From contig NW_003526943.1 in assembly GCF_000181795.1 (NCBI RefSeq), positions 9,594,849 through 9,658,848 of the forward strand: 64,000 nucleotides of DNA. Reading direction: 5' to 3'. Position numbers and translations under genes: made by a program. Below the pieces are notes generated by a model, which was not told the origin of the DNA, did not search any database, and saw nothing but the letters and a program-made list of their open reading frames with translations. Below, piece by piece: positions 1 to 12,971 of the stretch; within the stretch, counting starts at the first letter, position 1, and every line of letters begins with the position of its first letter. Source of the stretch: Trichinella spiralis (lineage: Eukaryota).

Positions 1-675
1 TCCAGTGAAAACAACAATGAAGCGAAACGATTATTAATTTGCTTATTAGAAAAATTATTTGTTAAACTTTCACCAATATCATCGATTTCTTCACTCCAAT
101 AGATCGACGATCAATTTGAAAACTGCAAACAGTCATTGCCTTAATTTATGTTGTTATTACAGTATAGAAGAACTATGCACAGTAATAAAAAGAAAATAAG
201 ATGCATTGGCTGCGTTTTATTATAAGTAAAATATCTTGAATTTCAATTTTCGATGTGATTATTACTAATATTATGATATCGTTTGATTTTTACTTGTCAT
301 TGAAATTGACAAATAAAATTTTTTGGGCTACAATAAATTTAAATAAAATCTTTGCATTGCTTTACTGGTTTTTTTTTCAATATTTTTCATGGCTTTAAAA
401 TGATAAAAGAGAATTTTATTGAAGACTTTTCAACTGTTCATTGCTATTTATTGTTAACAGTAATGCAAAATTTAGGATACAAGTTATTCATTGCGCTTTT
501 GTTATTTATTCATTAATTCATTTAGTTTCCTCTGCAGCAATGAAAATTTATTACTCAACTGTTGCACTGTGCACAAGAGCAAGGAATAAATTCATTTGCA
601 TTGCTTATCATTGCAGAATTAATTCGATATTTCTTTCGATTTTCATTAAGCATCAAAAGTGAAAAGCAAATTGCC

Positions 676-2143
676 ATGAACAGTTACATCTGCTTGAATG
701 TTTTCTTAATCACTGCTTTGGTTCTGTTTTCTGTAATCGAGGTAAGAAATGTTTGCTTGTTTTGTCTTTTACGTTAAATTGAATATATACAAATTTAGTC
801 TAGCTAAATAATTGCATGTACATCTTTTAATTAACGAGCAAAATAAAATAATACAAATATATATGTATATAAAGCAGTGATAGTGATAACAAACTTTTGT
901 TTCAGAAATTTAGTTTTGCAGAAAACACAACAGAGTCGCCAAAGAGGAAAGCATCTGCATCGATCACGTGAGTTTTATTAATTTAATGTACAATTTTATT
1001 TTGCATGCAGTAAGTAAAAGAACAATCATCTTTTTTTTATCAAGTTTTGAAATGCTAACCAAATTTATTTCATTTTTAAACCGTATTATATTATTCAAAC
1101 GTGTAGGGTTGTTATTCGTTTTGTCGAACATTTAATGAAAGTTTTTTCAGAAAACTTGTTTGACAGATTTTTATATATAATTTTAAAAATAATTCAATAT
1201 GCCCTTAGTGTACAATAAAACTTACACAAATGTATGCATGAACAATAATTGCTTTTGCAAAGTCAATATGAAGTTAACATTATGCATTATCAAATCAGTC
1301 ATTGCAAAGTATTTGATACTGCTTCACTTTCTGCTCCAAAGTTTATTAAATTTTTTTATATTGTATTTTGAACAATTCTGTGTCACAATAATGTTATTGT
1401 CATTTTCTTTTGTCAGAAAGTTATTTAGTTAATTTAATTTAATTCAGAGTTCCCGTGTCCATTGGTTCAGCATGTTCATTGTGTGTCCTCATTGGAATTT
1501 GTTGTTGTGTTTGCATATGCCGTAGAAAATGCAGAAGAAGAAACAAAACAAAACAAACAGTGAATGTCAATGTTAACACCAATACTGTAACAAGTAACGC
1601 GTGTTTTAAGCAAAATGATCTCTTAAAATTAATTTTGAAAAATGGTTTTCTGTTTTGATAAATTCAACTCACATTTCACGAAACGGCATTTCCATTATAT
1701 GTATCATTGTAATTGGAATAATGCATCGAATTGTTTAAACTTTCTCGCTTGCGATGTGTTTTACAGCATGTATAATGTATACATCCCAGAATACTTTAAA
1801 CGCCAATGATTTACTAATTTGCTGCTTTTTGTAAGATGCAGCAACCACCGCAATGCAACCGACGATGCCCATGATGGCTCCATATGCTTATCCTCCGGTA
1901 ATGCCAGCATATCAGCCACCGACTTATCCGCCGCCAGTGGGGCAATCAAATTTTCCAAATCCAGCTCCTCCAGCATACAGCAGCGCCGTCAATGCAGGAA
2001 AGGCAACAACAGATCCTGGTCAGTCTTCAGCCGACGGGAAAACGACAGAGCTGGCATCTCAGGTTAAAGCAGATGGATCACAGAAAAACCCTGATTCCAT
2101 TTTTCAAAAATGTGTTGTGTTTTTTAAAGTTCAAACTACATGA
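676..2143 (+). CDS. Single-pass membrane protein: signal peptide, Cys-rich TM/juxtamembrane segment, Pro/Tyr-rich tail (Shisa/CYYR1/WBP1-like architecture); 3' end uncertain
   Basis: GT-AG exons at about 676-741 (MNSYICLNVFLITALVLFSVIE), 906-967, 1448-1593 (SACSLCVLIGICCCVCICRRKCRRR) and 1836-2062 or read-through to 2143 (PYAYPP, PPTYPPP, PPAY) splice in frame. An alternative last exon from about 2174 is possible. Confidence 0.7.
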
Positions 2144-3160
2144 ATAATAGATGAATTAGCTTTAAACTTTCAGGAGATTAATGCAAACGTTTTTCGTCAC
2201 ATCGGACAACACGCTGCTGAGAGAGCTAACGACAGCCTTCAACTTTTTCGATTTACAGTGATTTATTTCTTTCTATTAATCTATTCAATTTTGAAAATTT
2301 TGGTTCATTTTGTTCAGAGGAGTTTAAACAAAAATTTAAAATTGTTGCACTGAAAAAATGTTCCTGAATAATACAATTCAGAATGGAAATCAGTTCACGT
2401 TTATAAATATCAAAATTGCTTTGTCATTAGTTTCTTATTTATTCGTTTATGTTTATTCATTGTTTCTGTGTTTATTATTTATTTATTTATTCATCTTATG
2501 ATTGATCAAATGTGAAACATGGAAGTGCGCTTTTTGAGCTGCTTTTAAATACAACAAGCCAATCCAAGGTTGAAAAAATCAACTGTCACTTTGGCTAACG
2601 TTCTCCATGGCACACATTCTGTTATAAATCAAACTAGTTTCAATCAAGCTTTAAATAAAATGATCATAGCTAAAATGCAATCTTTTTGCGCGTTTTACTG
2701 CATGACCAATAATTTGAAGAAATTTGTCTGTTTTTGTTTAAAACATCAAGCACGAAAAGTGCATTGACGCTATAAAATAATATGCGTTGAACTGAAAATT
2801 ATAAATAAATTAAAATTCATAAAATAACAACAGTAAAAGAATAAATGAATTATTAATGATAACTCTGGGTGCAGATATTGCAAAAATGGTTGCTACACAT
2901 GGCATTTAATTGGATCCAATCTTAAATGGTTTGATAATTTTTACGTTTATAATTTATCCATTTGAGAGGTATTAAATTAAGTGACATGATGAATTACTAA
3001 TGCTCCTTTACAAAATCCCGATATTGTTTTTGCATCTTGCTGAGCTGTTACTTTGCAATATTAGTAATATATATACACTTTTACATTTTTAAATTGTTCA
3101 TCTTGTTGACAAGTATTTACTGAAACAGCTTTTCTCTTGTACTTGCAAAGACATTTTTAA

Positions 3161-3890
3161 CCCTCATCCGGGCAGCAAATTTTACACCTTAATCCCGACA
3201 CCTGTCTACATATGTAGACACTAGAAGTTTCTTCGTGTTTACTCCCTGTACATGATGTTAGAATGATTATTTTTTCAAGAACTAATGATAATTCCACAAA
3301 TAGATTATTTATTTTATTCAATGCAAGCGCTACACGATATTTTAGTGATTTTATGGCTGCTACGTATATATTTTTTTTACGTGAATAGCAGCGGTTTCAC
3401 GTTGATTTTCGACGTCCTTGCTCTCGGCATTTTGATGGATCTTATCATTTTATAACTGATAGCACAGCACAGCTGGTCAAACAACACATCAAAATGAGGT
3501 ATGGAAATTAAAAATCTATGCACAAACTAAAGATGCCTTCATCCACTACAGACTGCCCCAAAATCATAAATGTTACAGATATCAGTTATAAAACGACAAG
3601 ATCCATCAAAACGCCGAGAGCAAGGACGTCGAAGGAAGGTCGAAAATCAACGTGAAACCGATGCCATTCATGTAAAAAAATATATATGTAGCAGCCATAA
3701 AATCACTAAAATATCGTGTAGCGCTTGCATTGAATAAAATAAATAATCTGTTTGTGGAATTATTATTAGTTCTTGAAAAAATAATCATTTTAACATCATG
3801 TACAGGGACTAAACATGACGAAACCTCTCGTGTCTACATATGTAGACACGTGCCCGGATTAAAGTGTAAAATCTACTGCTCGAATGAGGG
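3161..3890. mobile_element. Non-autonomous piggyBac-type MITE
   Basis: TTAA at 3157-3160 and 3891-3894; termini CCCTCAT...ATGAGGG; about 300-bp inverted arms (3161-3460 vs 3579-3890); no transposase ORF. Confidence 0.9.
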
Positions 3891-4265
3891 TTAACTAATC
3901 AACATCAGTATCACATTATAGCAACAAGAAATGCAAACATACATTGATAAATACTGCATGTATACACAAATATGCATAAAAATAAAAAGAAGAATTTAGT
4001 GATAAAATGATTCTATCGGCTAACAAGTAATGTTTATCAACAAATGCGGCAGTTTTTCTTAGCATGCTAAGCTTCATTTTAACATTATAAATACGCGTTT
4101 CTTTTGTTTTTCAACTGATCAGTGCAGCATAATCTATTTAATTTTTCATTCAAAGTAAACTGATTGATCACGTAAAAATACAATCTGGATAAAATGCATA
4201 ATAAATGGGCTTCAGATGCAAATAACATAGAAAGCAAATTGATAAATAAATGAATATGTATATAT

Positions 4266-4500
4266 TGAAAACTCCCTCCGGTTGAGCCTGACCATCTGTA
4301 GCAGCTACCGTAACTGGTGATTAGCGGTTGTAATGTGATACTCACGTGCGTGCGTGTTTGAACATGTGTGAGATCTGATGTTGTGCGTGTGCGTTGGCCT
4401 GTGATTGTTTTGTGTGATTTTTCCGAATAAAGCCTAGTTCCGCGCCGTTGTTTTTGAACTGTTAGCGAAACGCAATTGCCACTTGTAGTTGGATTAAACA
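4266..4500 (+). mobile_element. Short LTR-like insertion in the promoter of the secreted-protein gene
   Basis: TG...CA ends, internal AATAAA near 4426, flanked on both sides by GTATATAT, GC-richer than its flanks, absent from the paralogous upstream region near 6890. Confidence 0.6.
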
Positions 4501-4544
4501 GTATATATATGATACCTGCATTTAGATTTAGTATATTTCTTAAA

Positions 4545-6118
4545 ATGAAGAATTTCGTATTGTGCGTGTTATTTTCTGCTATCTTGGTTTCTGGTCAGAT
4601 TTTTAGAAAAGTAAGAAATACATACAAAATGAAATACATTTTTATAAATCTAAACACGGTGAACATGTGTATAATTATTTTGTTGATGTCATATGAATTT
4701 TTAATGTTATATTTATAATCATTACTTTTTAATCATTGCTTTTACACTGAACCTTTAAAAATAAAATTATTTCTAATAATTTCGCATAATCGTTAAATAT
4801 TCAGTATAATAACTAATTTTCAAATCATTTGTGCATTCTTCTAAGTTTTGAATTTACGGTAACTTTTTAACAATAGTTTCAACTTTTAAACTTTATAGTG
4901 AACTCATAGCAATAATAAGTAATATGTGCATCATTTGTACGACTTCTCTTGAAAGCAGCTTTTTTTACAAAAATATAGCATATCAGACAGAAACGTAGAG
5001 TATTATTAGTCCACTTATGAATAAATCGCTTGATTAGTATTTTTCATTCAACTTTCTTTCCTAGAAAGATAGCAATGCAGTCGACAGTGAAGACGCACTT
5101 AAACAAAAGGTACCAACAGAAGTATTGTTTAAAAAATAAAATTAATCTAATACTTAATTTATGCAATTCGTTCTAGACAGAAGGTTTACGGTTTTTATTT
5201 GTATTTTTTCTTCACAGAAATTTTTCCATAATTCTTCTTTCTAAATATGTATAAAAGTATTCTGAACCTCTTATATCTTTGTTAATATTTCAGATTTATG
5301 ACATTAATGTTTCCATAACTCGATTATTTTTCTTTTTCTTCTTAAATATTCCTGTATTTTTTGTTCAGTTTTTATACGTTGGTGATATATGATTCTTAAA
5401 GGATAAATGTAATTTAGATACAAGATGTAGAAAGCTGGATAAAACATAGAAAAGATGAAGCAAACGTATGTATTTTCAGAATTGAATATACGCTTATTAT
5501 GTATAGTATTGCAGATTAAATCATAAAGAGACAAGATTGAATAATGAGTAAATTTTCAATTCACATTTAGTAATCATAATTTCCTAAATTATCAAAAAAA
5601 GTTCAAACAAAACTCTGTATATGCTCATTTTTATGCATTTTAAATTAAATAGTATGTATTCAGTTAATCTAAGAAAGGAGCAATAAAGCACTCTGAATTT
5701 GAAAAATGAGCATTTCAACATTCAAATAAAATTCAAAAACTTATGCAGTGTTTAATTATATATATTTCAAATAAAACAGTTTTGTAGATAATGATATAAT
5801 AATAATCCACAATAAAATTCGATCATTATGTATTAATGATGCAATACATGCTTTCAGAATCCAGGAAAATTTGATGAATTACTTTTTGCTGCATCTTTAA
5901 AATGCCCTTCAGAATGTCTAAAATTCATTGATAAAAGCCCCAAAATGCACGAATTATGCTTATTGAAATGTCAAAAAAAGGTGATGACAATTGCTATATC
6001 TCTTTACATATTAATGAAACTATTTCAGTTACTGAAACAAAACTCATCACTTTACAAATAGCACTGCAGAGCACCGGAAACATCAAATAATCTTACAAAT
6101 AATTTGACATATCTCTAA
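4545..6118 (+). CDS. Small secreted Cys-containing protein (about 110 aa, 5 exons), function unknown
   Basis: Phase-0 GT-AG exons: MKNFVLCVLFSAILVSGQIFRK | KDSNAVDSEDALKQK | IQDVESWIKHRKDEAN | NPGKFDELLFAASLKCPSECLKFIDKSPKMHELCLLKCQKK | HCRAPETSNNLTNNLTYL*. The same exons are recognisable in the downstream duplicate. Confidence 0.75.
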
Positions 6119-6696
6119 ATGGATACTTTGATTAAATATCTATTTTGTTGTTTGCTTAACATGGTTTATTATTTCTTGCAAATACACACTTTGTCACTTC
6201 TGTACTGTCAATAATTGCATAATTCATGAAAACTTTTCATGAATGAAAACATATGCATCTGAAATTCTATTCGTAAAATTTAAGCTTTGAGGTAAACCTG
6301 TGTTGGGCTTAGTCATTTACAGATATTTACTTCAGCTTCATCTTACTGCTTATTGATCAAAATAAGTTTAGCATCATACACAACTGCAGTGTCAATACAG
6401 TAAGCGAAATAAAAAATGAAAATAAAATTTTAACATTACTGAAATTGTTTTGTAAAAAACTGATTTGTGCATTTCATTTTATTTTCAAATTGAAATATTT
6501 CAAAGAATAGACATTGGTTTCTAAAATATTTTATTGAAAAATAAATGAAGAATGTAGATGTAAATGAATGGATACCAGTAAATATTAGGAATTAATATGG
6601 CTTACTTACATAATATATAATATATTATATATTCATATTTGGCCATTTACGAGTAAATATTGAGATTCCAACATTCATCAGATATTGTTCATATTC

Positions 6697-6760
6697 GCTG
6701 CAAGCAGAGTCTGCACACCGCCTGTGTACACATAGCCTATGTGCGGACTTGGTCTGCAAC
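6697..6760. repeat. 64-bp palindromic mini-insertion
   Basis: Imperfect hairpin (AGTCTGCACA...TGTGCGGACT; ends GCTGCA/TGCAAC) flanked by ATATTC at 6691-6696 and 6761-6766; absent from the paralogous position near 4148. Confidence 0.55.
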
Positions 6761-6946
6761 ATATTCAAAGTAAACTGAATGGTCATGTCAAAATATAATG
6801 TGAATAAATTGCATAATAAATGCGTTGGAGGACTTCAGATGTAAATAGCGTAGAAAACAAAAGATCACATAAATATAAATGTAAATAAATAAGTACATAT
6901 ATGTGTGGATATGATTCCCTCATTCAAATTTATTACATTCCTTACA

Positions 6947-8480
6947 ATAAAGAATTTTGTTTTCTGCTTGTTATTTTCAGCTGTCTTGGTTTCTGGCTAA
7001 TTTCTTTTCAAAGTAAGCTCAAATAAAATGCATTTTTATAAATATTCAATTCAGTGTTGCAAACTATGAATAAATATTCTGATTGAAATTATTAATTTCT
7101 ACAATGTTTTGTCATAGAAAAAAGCCAAGGCCAAGAAAAGTAAAGATACACTTAAGGAAAAGGTATCTCCATGGACAGTGTTGAAAAAATAAAGTTAACA
7201 GAACAGCTTACTGATTCAACTTGTTGAAAACAATTTTTAGCTTTTTATCTTTTAGCTATTTTTATTATTTTTTTAGTATTTCTTCTTCATAATTCTTTGT
7301 GCAGCTTCTTTTATCATGTATACATATATAAAACCATACTTCAGTCTCTGTTTCTCTTTTGACTTGATTTTTTAACTTTATAAAACTATTGCTATCCTAT
7401 GGAAATTAATCTTCTTTTGCTTTTATTTTTTTGACATTCTGTGCTCAAGTTTTGTTCATTTCTGATATTTGAAATTTAAGAAATAATTATAATTTGATAG
7501 AAAGTGTGGAAAGTTGGATAGAAAAAACAAGGGAGAAAGCAAAGAGATGCATAACTAACTTAAAATATGAGCAAATTATGCACAATTCATAAAATCATTT
7601 TTTATGAGATCATAGAAAAACAGGATTAAAAAGCAAGATTTAAATTTAAATTTAAATTTAGTAACTGAAATTAAAAATTATAAAAATTCAAGCGAAGATC
7701 TTTGTTATATATACATATGAATACGCTAACTTTTATTCATCTTAAATTAAACATGCACTGATAAAAAATGAAAATGAGTATTTCAGGATTTATATACTAT
7801 GTAACGAGCGAAACAACAAGTCACTCGTCTCCGATGTTAGTGGACTGTATGTCTGAGTTGTTATTGCAAGGCCGGGAGTGTCCAATGTGTTAGACAATCC
7901 GACTTATAAGGCGACAACTGTTATTTAAAAACTCGATTGAGTGTCAAACAGTTTACTCAAGAAAATAACACTGAGCTGGGGATAATCAGACAAGAAATAA
8001 AAGAATAACACACCAAGAAAAGCAAAACACGCTAAAGGCAAACTACTAACAACGGCAAGCCACCACTATCTCGCAAGCAACCACGCCCCCAAAAATCCCC
8101 TATTACGTCACTTCCGGGTCTACCGTGTTATTAATGACACTCGGGTTCTCTACGTTGAATACAGACCCATTTCTGTCGTCTACATACTATACAGAAAGAT
8201 TACGCACAGTATAATCATTTTGTATTCATGCTGCGATGCATGATTTCAGATCCAAAAGAAGTAAATGCCCTTCAGAATGCAAAGATTTCTTTCAAGAATG
8301 CCCTTTTGATCAGAAGTTTATGAAATGCTCACTATGCGTTCTGAAATGTCAAAAAAAGGTATTGTGAATTTTAAGCTGCTCTGAATGTTACTAAAACTAT
8401 TCCAGGTACTGAAAGAAAATTCATCACTTTACAAATGAAGCTGCAGACTGCTCTGAAGATTATTCACGAGAATATTTCAA
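6947..8480 (+). pseudogene. Pseudogenised tandem copy of the 4545-6118 gene
   Basis: ATG>ATA (ATA AAG AAT TTT GTT...), TAA after the signal peptide (GTT TCT GGC TAA), exon-3 acceptor and donor lost, solo-LTR in an intron. KCPSEC...CVLKCQKK exon still visible at about 8250-8358. Confidence 0.75.
7800..8184. mobile_element. Solo LTR (5-bp TSD; BEL/Pao- or Gypsy-like)
   Basis: TGTAACGA...TCGTCTACA termini; perfect TSD TACTA at 7795-7799 and 8185-8189; GC-richer than the host intron. Confidence 0.85.
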
Positions 8481-9908
8481 AACTTTTCATTTTTTAATCT
8501 GATTTGGCTATTTTTTCATAAAATCAGAGGTTGGATATTTTAATAGGCTTTCGTGTTTTATTTGTGCGTAAACTTTTACCATTCAGAATTTTTGGCATAT
8601 GAATTACAATAAACTGATCAAAAGATTTTCCGTTAGATTCAGAAATTTCCAAAACTAATAATATTATGAATTGATTCGCATGCTTACTAAAACTTATTTT
8701 TGAAAAATTAACTGTAAAAATGTAAATGTGCAGTAGAAGAAGAAACGTGAAAAGTATAAATGAATGTTCTTAAAGTGTATTAAATACTTTATGGCAAATC
8801 AAAATTCCGTTAACATCCTGTTCAATAAAAATGTCTAATCAGAAAGAATTTTTTGAAGGAAGAAAACAGGAAATAATGTATAATAAATGCAGCTCTAAAA
8901 ATAGTGCGCTGGTGTCAAAAGGTACTGATTTTTACTGTACTTTTATGCTTTCAAATAAAATTATATACAGCTTTTGTATGTTTCCTTAGCAAGTAATATT
9001 CACATTTTATTATCTACTTTTTTTAAATAACTGCAAATGGGAGTTAAAAAATGTTGGATTCAACTGAGCTGAACTGTTTTAACTGAACAAATGGCTATCA
9101 ATATTTTAAAACATAATACACGTCAAATGCCTTTTAAATTACTTTCACTGGAAACAACTGATCAGCACTGATCTCATTAACACTGAACTTACACAATAAT
9201 ATAACTTGAAAGAAAACTTATCTCAGGAATCAGTTTATTGTGTTTTCAACAAATCTTTATTTATCTGCATCATTCCTTTTGTAAAAACAACTCACTTTGG
9301 GCATATTTATTACAGAAACTTGAAAATACCATTAAACAACTGTAGATTACAAAAAAAATCCTTCTAGTATAGTGTTACGTTTATATAAAACTTTTTTAAG
9401 TATGGCGTGGGATGAAAAAAATTTGTAACATTGCCGACAATAATTTATGTGGATACAATTTTATAAAAGTCATCTTTCTGTAAATGCTCATTTATTACGT
9501 AATGAAAATTGCATTAATTTTTGCGAGTGATGCGCAGAATAAATGAAACTGTTCTTTCTTCTTGTTGAAAATGAAAATATTTCATTACAAATAAGAAAAT
9601 TTTGTAATACCATTTCGTATTGATCTATTAATTGAATTAACTTAACAGTTAACTTTAAAGTTAGTTAACACTGACAGTTAACTTACTTTAAAGTTTACTT
9701 ATTTAAACAATGGAAGTTTAAAATGAATACGCTCTAAATTAAAAAACATTTTAAAGTGAAAATCACCTATAAAAGGCACTGACAAAAATAAATTACTCAT
9801 TCCTGATTTTGCTCCTCGACAGAACGGTGAGCATATTAGAGTAGCTGCTGTGATGTGATGTGATGAACGTTAATATTTTCATTTTCATATTTAGCATTGT
9901 TGTGGAAC

Positions 9909-11833
9909 ATGGAGAAGCTTCAGAAAAGTTTCATTGTTTTAATGGCACTGTTTTATTCAGTTGCCTGTAGTTATGATGGAAACGGAATCCAGGCCGAAAG
10001 AGATCCATTCTCTGCTGACGTGGCATTAATCTTCGACAGTAGCAAAGTTATTTCAGAGAAAATGTTCGAGAAAGAAAAGAATGCGATAATAAGTCTGGCC
10101 AAAGTATTTTCTGAAGATAAGTACAACGTTCGACTCGCCGTTATACAGTATTCGATGAAATCTGACCAACAATATTTGCCGGCTAATGTGGTTTACAATC
10201 TTGACTACATAAAAGACATCAGTGAGCGCATTATTTTTGTTTAATAATATTCCATTGCTAATTTTGTTATGTTTTCTTTCTTTTGAAAATGCTCTTTATG
10301 CTTTTAACTTTTTTTTAATTATTTTTTTTAATTTAACTTGAGAGGTAGATGTGAAATTAATTAGTGTTGTGTTTCAGAAAATTTTTCCAACCAAATTATT
10401 AAAATAAAACAGTCACATTGGTTGGTTAACATCAGTGATGCACTGAGGGTATGCAAGACAAATGTCTTCGAATCAGAAGACATTAATGGCGGTAGACCGA
10501 CAAGAAGACATTTTGTTATCTTATTCACATACGGTACCACGTTTGTTGAAGACGATCTCCCTCATTATTGGGCACAAATTATGAAAAATGCCGGTCATCA
10601 CATCTTCGTAGTATCTACTCGTACTTATAACCGTGCAACATATAAAAAATCGACTCAACAGCATCATTTTCTTCAAAAGAATGTAGCTAGTGATCCCACA
10701 CTGTTTTTTATTCTGGATGAATTTGCCAATATGAAAACATTTTTAAATTTGTTGCTTATGAAAATGTTCTCAATTGGTAATACAATGATTACAATTTCAA
10801 CTACAACACCAACGACGACAACGATCACGACAAATGATGTTTCAAACGTTTCATCACCGAATGAAGAAAATGGTACAATTATTACAGATGAATATTTAAA
10901 TAGCATTTCCACTATGCAACAGTTCAATGAAACTGATTTGACAAGTCATCCCTACGAAACTACTACCAATGCAGAGCAAAGTTTGAATTCTACAGTACTG
11001 GAATTAGATTTGAACGAAAACTTTGATGTTACAACTAATGAAACCAATTTCCATCAGCTTAATGAAACTGATTTAACTCCCACTGAAAATATTTCGAATG
11101 CAGAGCCAAGTTCAGAATCTACAAATGAATTAGATTTAAGCGAAAATTCAGATGATATAGACAACGATGAAGATGATGAACAAATTGTTGCAAGTGGATA
11201 TTCAAATGATAGAACCGATTTTTATCCGTTTAATGAAGATACACTGGATGAATCTGCTTCTACATTGTCGCATGAGTCAGATATGGACACTCCTTTAGTG
11301 GACGAAAATTTAAATGACAGTGACGAAGTAGAGTCAGAGTCTTCAAGCATTGAATTGGACAACAATATATTGGAAAATAATACATCAACATCTAATCTAA
11401 TTAATGAAAAGATGAAAAATAGCTCACTGAAATTTGAAAATCGAACAGAAGACACTTTTACAAGAACTGTACCAAACAATTCATCAGGAGCTTTGAATTT
11501 GACTGACATTTACAATGACCAAAAAAATAAAGAGCCAAACTTCTGGATATTCATTTTTATTTTTGCCCCTGTTGGTGTCGCTTTTCTGCTGGCAATGACG
11601 GTATATGGAATACGGAAACGTCAGAAGCTGAGCAAAATGAGAAAGACAGAACAGCCCGTAGAAAAAGACAACAAAGAACAAACTAATGGTAAGTAATTGG
11701 AAAATCATCAAATATTACAAATTAATAGGATAGAAAATAATGTGCCTAATCATATTCTTTATTTGTAGAAAGCATTTCCTCCACTATTCATCCAGGCTAT
11801 TCAGCGATAATGGAAGATTTGGAAGAATTATAA
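9909..11833 (+). CDS. Type I membrane protein: signal peptide, vWA domain, acidic Thr/Ser/Asn-rich stalk, TM helix, short tail
   Basis: Exons 9909-10221, 10378-11688, 11769-11833. vWA motifs ADVALIFDSS, VRLAVIQYS, HFVILFTYG, HIFVVS; TM FWIFIFIFAPVGVAFLLAMTVYGI; TATAAAAG near 9768. Confidence 0.85.
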
Positions 11834-12971
11834 AGATGTTATTAACAGTAATTTGTTAGATTAGATTAACTGTATATATTAATTTCAAAAGAAAAATATA
11901 TGTATACTTATTTATTTTGCTTCACAAATAAATTTTATTAATTTATTTTGTTATCGAATCAATTTGATTCTGCATCTTTATGCATATTTCACAATTCACT
12001 AATTAAGTTTGCATTACACAAATCATATAATTTGCAACTGCAAGTGGCACAGCTTTAGTTTACTTGTTGCAAGAAATTTGACAAAATTATGAAAATTAAC
12101 TAATTTAGAAGATAAAAATGAGTGAAAATTCGTTTAAAATAACAGCAGTATGAGTAATGCAATATACTAATAATTTATTTTTCTTCTTCAATTACTTGGC
12201 TACTTCAAGTTGGAAATTCAACTATTCGTCATTTAGCTTATTTAAAGTAAAATTAGCAAAAATTATCTCTTCCTCGAATTTACTGCTTTAAGTTACGATT
12301 ACAATTGTTGTCATGATGTTACGTTCCCTACGCTGCACTACCCTTCCTTCCTATCCAGACTCTGGATGAGCACAGATCAATCTGCGGGTTATATTTCATC
12401 AAGTAAAATAGATAATGCATGCAATATCACAAGAAAATTACAAAGAGAAATGCTGTACATGACACACATATAGCATTACTTACATTTAATATATAGAAAT
12501 ATAGATAACTGCTGTGCATTCAGACGTAAAAGGTTATGCTGATCTTCCCAATTATTCATTACATAGTTTCTTAAAAATCGCAAATGCATATTTAACAATT
12601 CACTGATAAAACCATTTTATGAACGGATGGATTTGAAATGCAAAATTCTTTCTTGTTCAACACTTCCGCTTAGCCATATTGATAATTGCAGTCGTATCAA
12701 AAACAATAAAATAAAGCTGCTTAAGAAATGAAAAGCACGACGCAATTTTAATGATACCTTTATAATATTTACAACTGCCATTTTTAGTATGGAACAAAAA
12801 CAAAACTGAAATAGGGTTTTCAAACTTTATTAACATTTATGAAACGGTCGAGGAATATATACCAATTTCAATACAGATATGAAAAAACGTTAAATCAATT
12901 CATTATTTCATTCTGTTTTCAAAGAAATAAAATGTAATGCAAACATCATTCCTGCTAATTTCACCATTTAA

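Noticed and set aside
9640..9700. Short duplicated palindromes ACAGTTAACT / ACTTTAAAGT upstream of the vWA gene
   Set aside because: Too short and AT-rich to distinguish from replication slippage.
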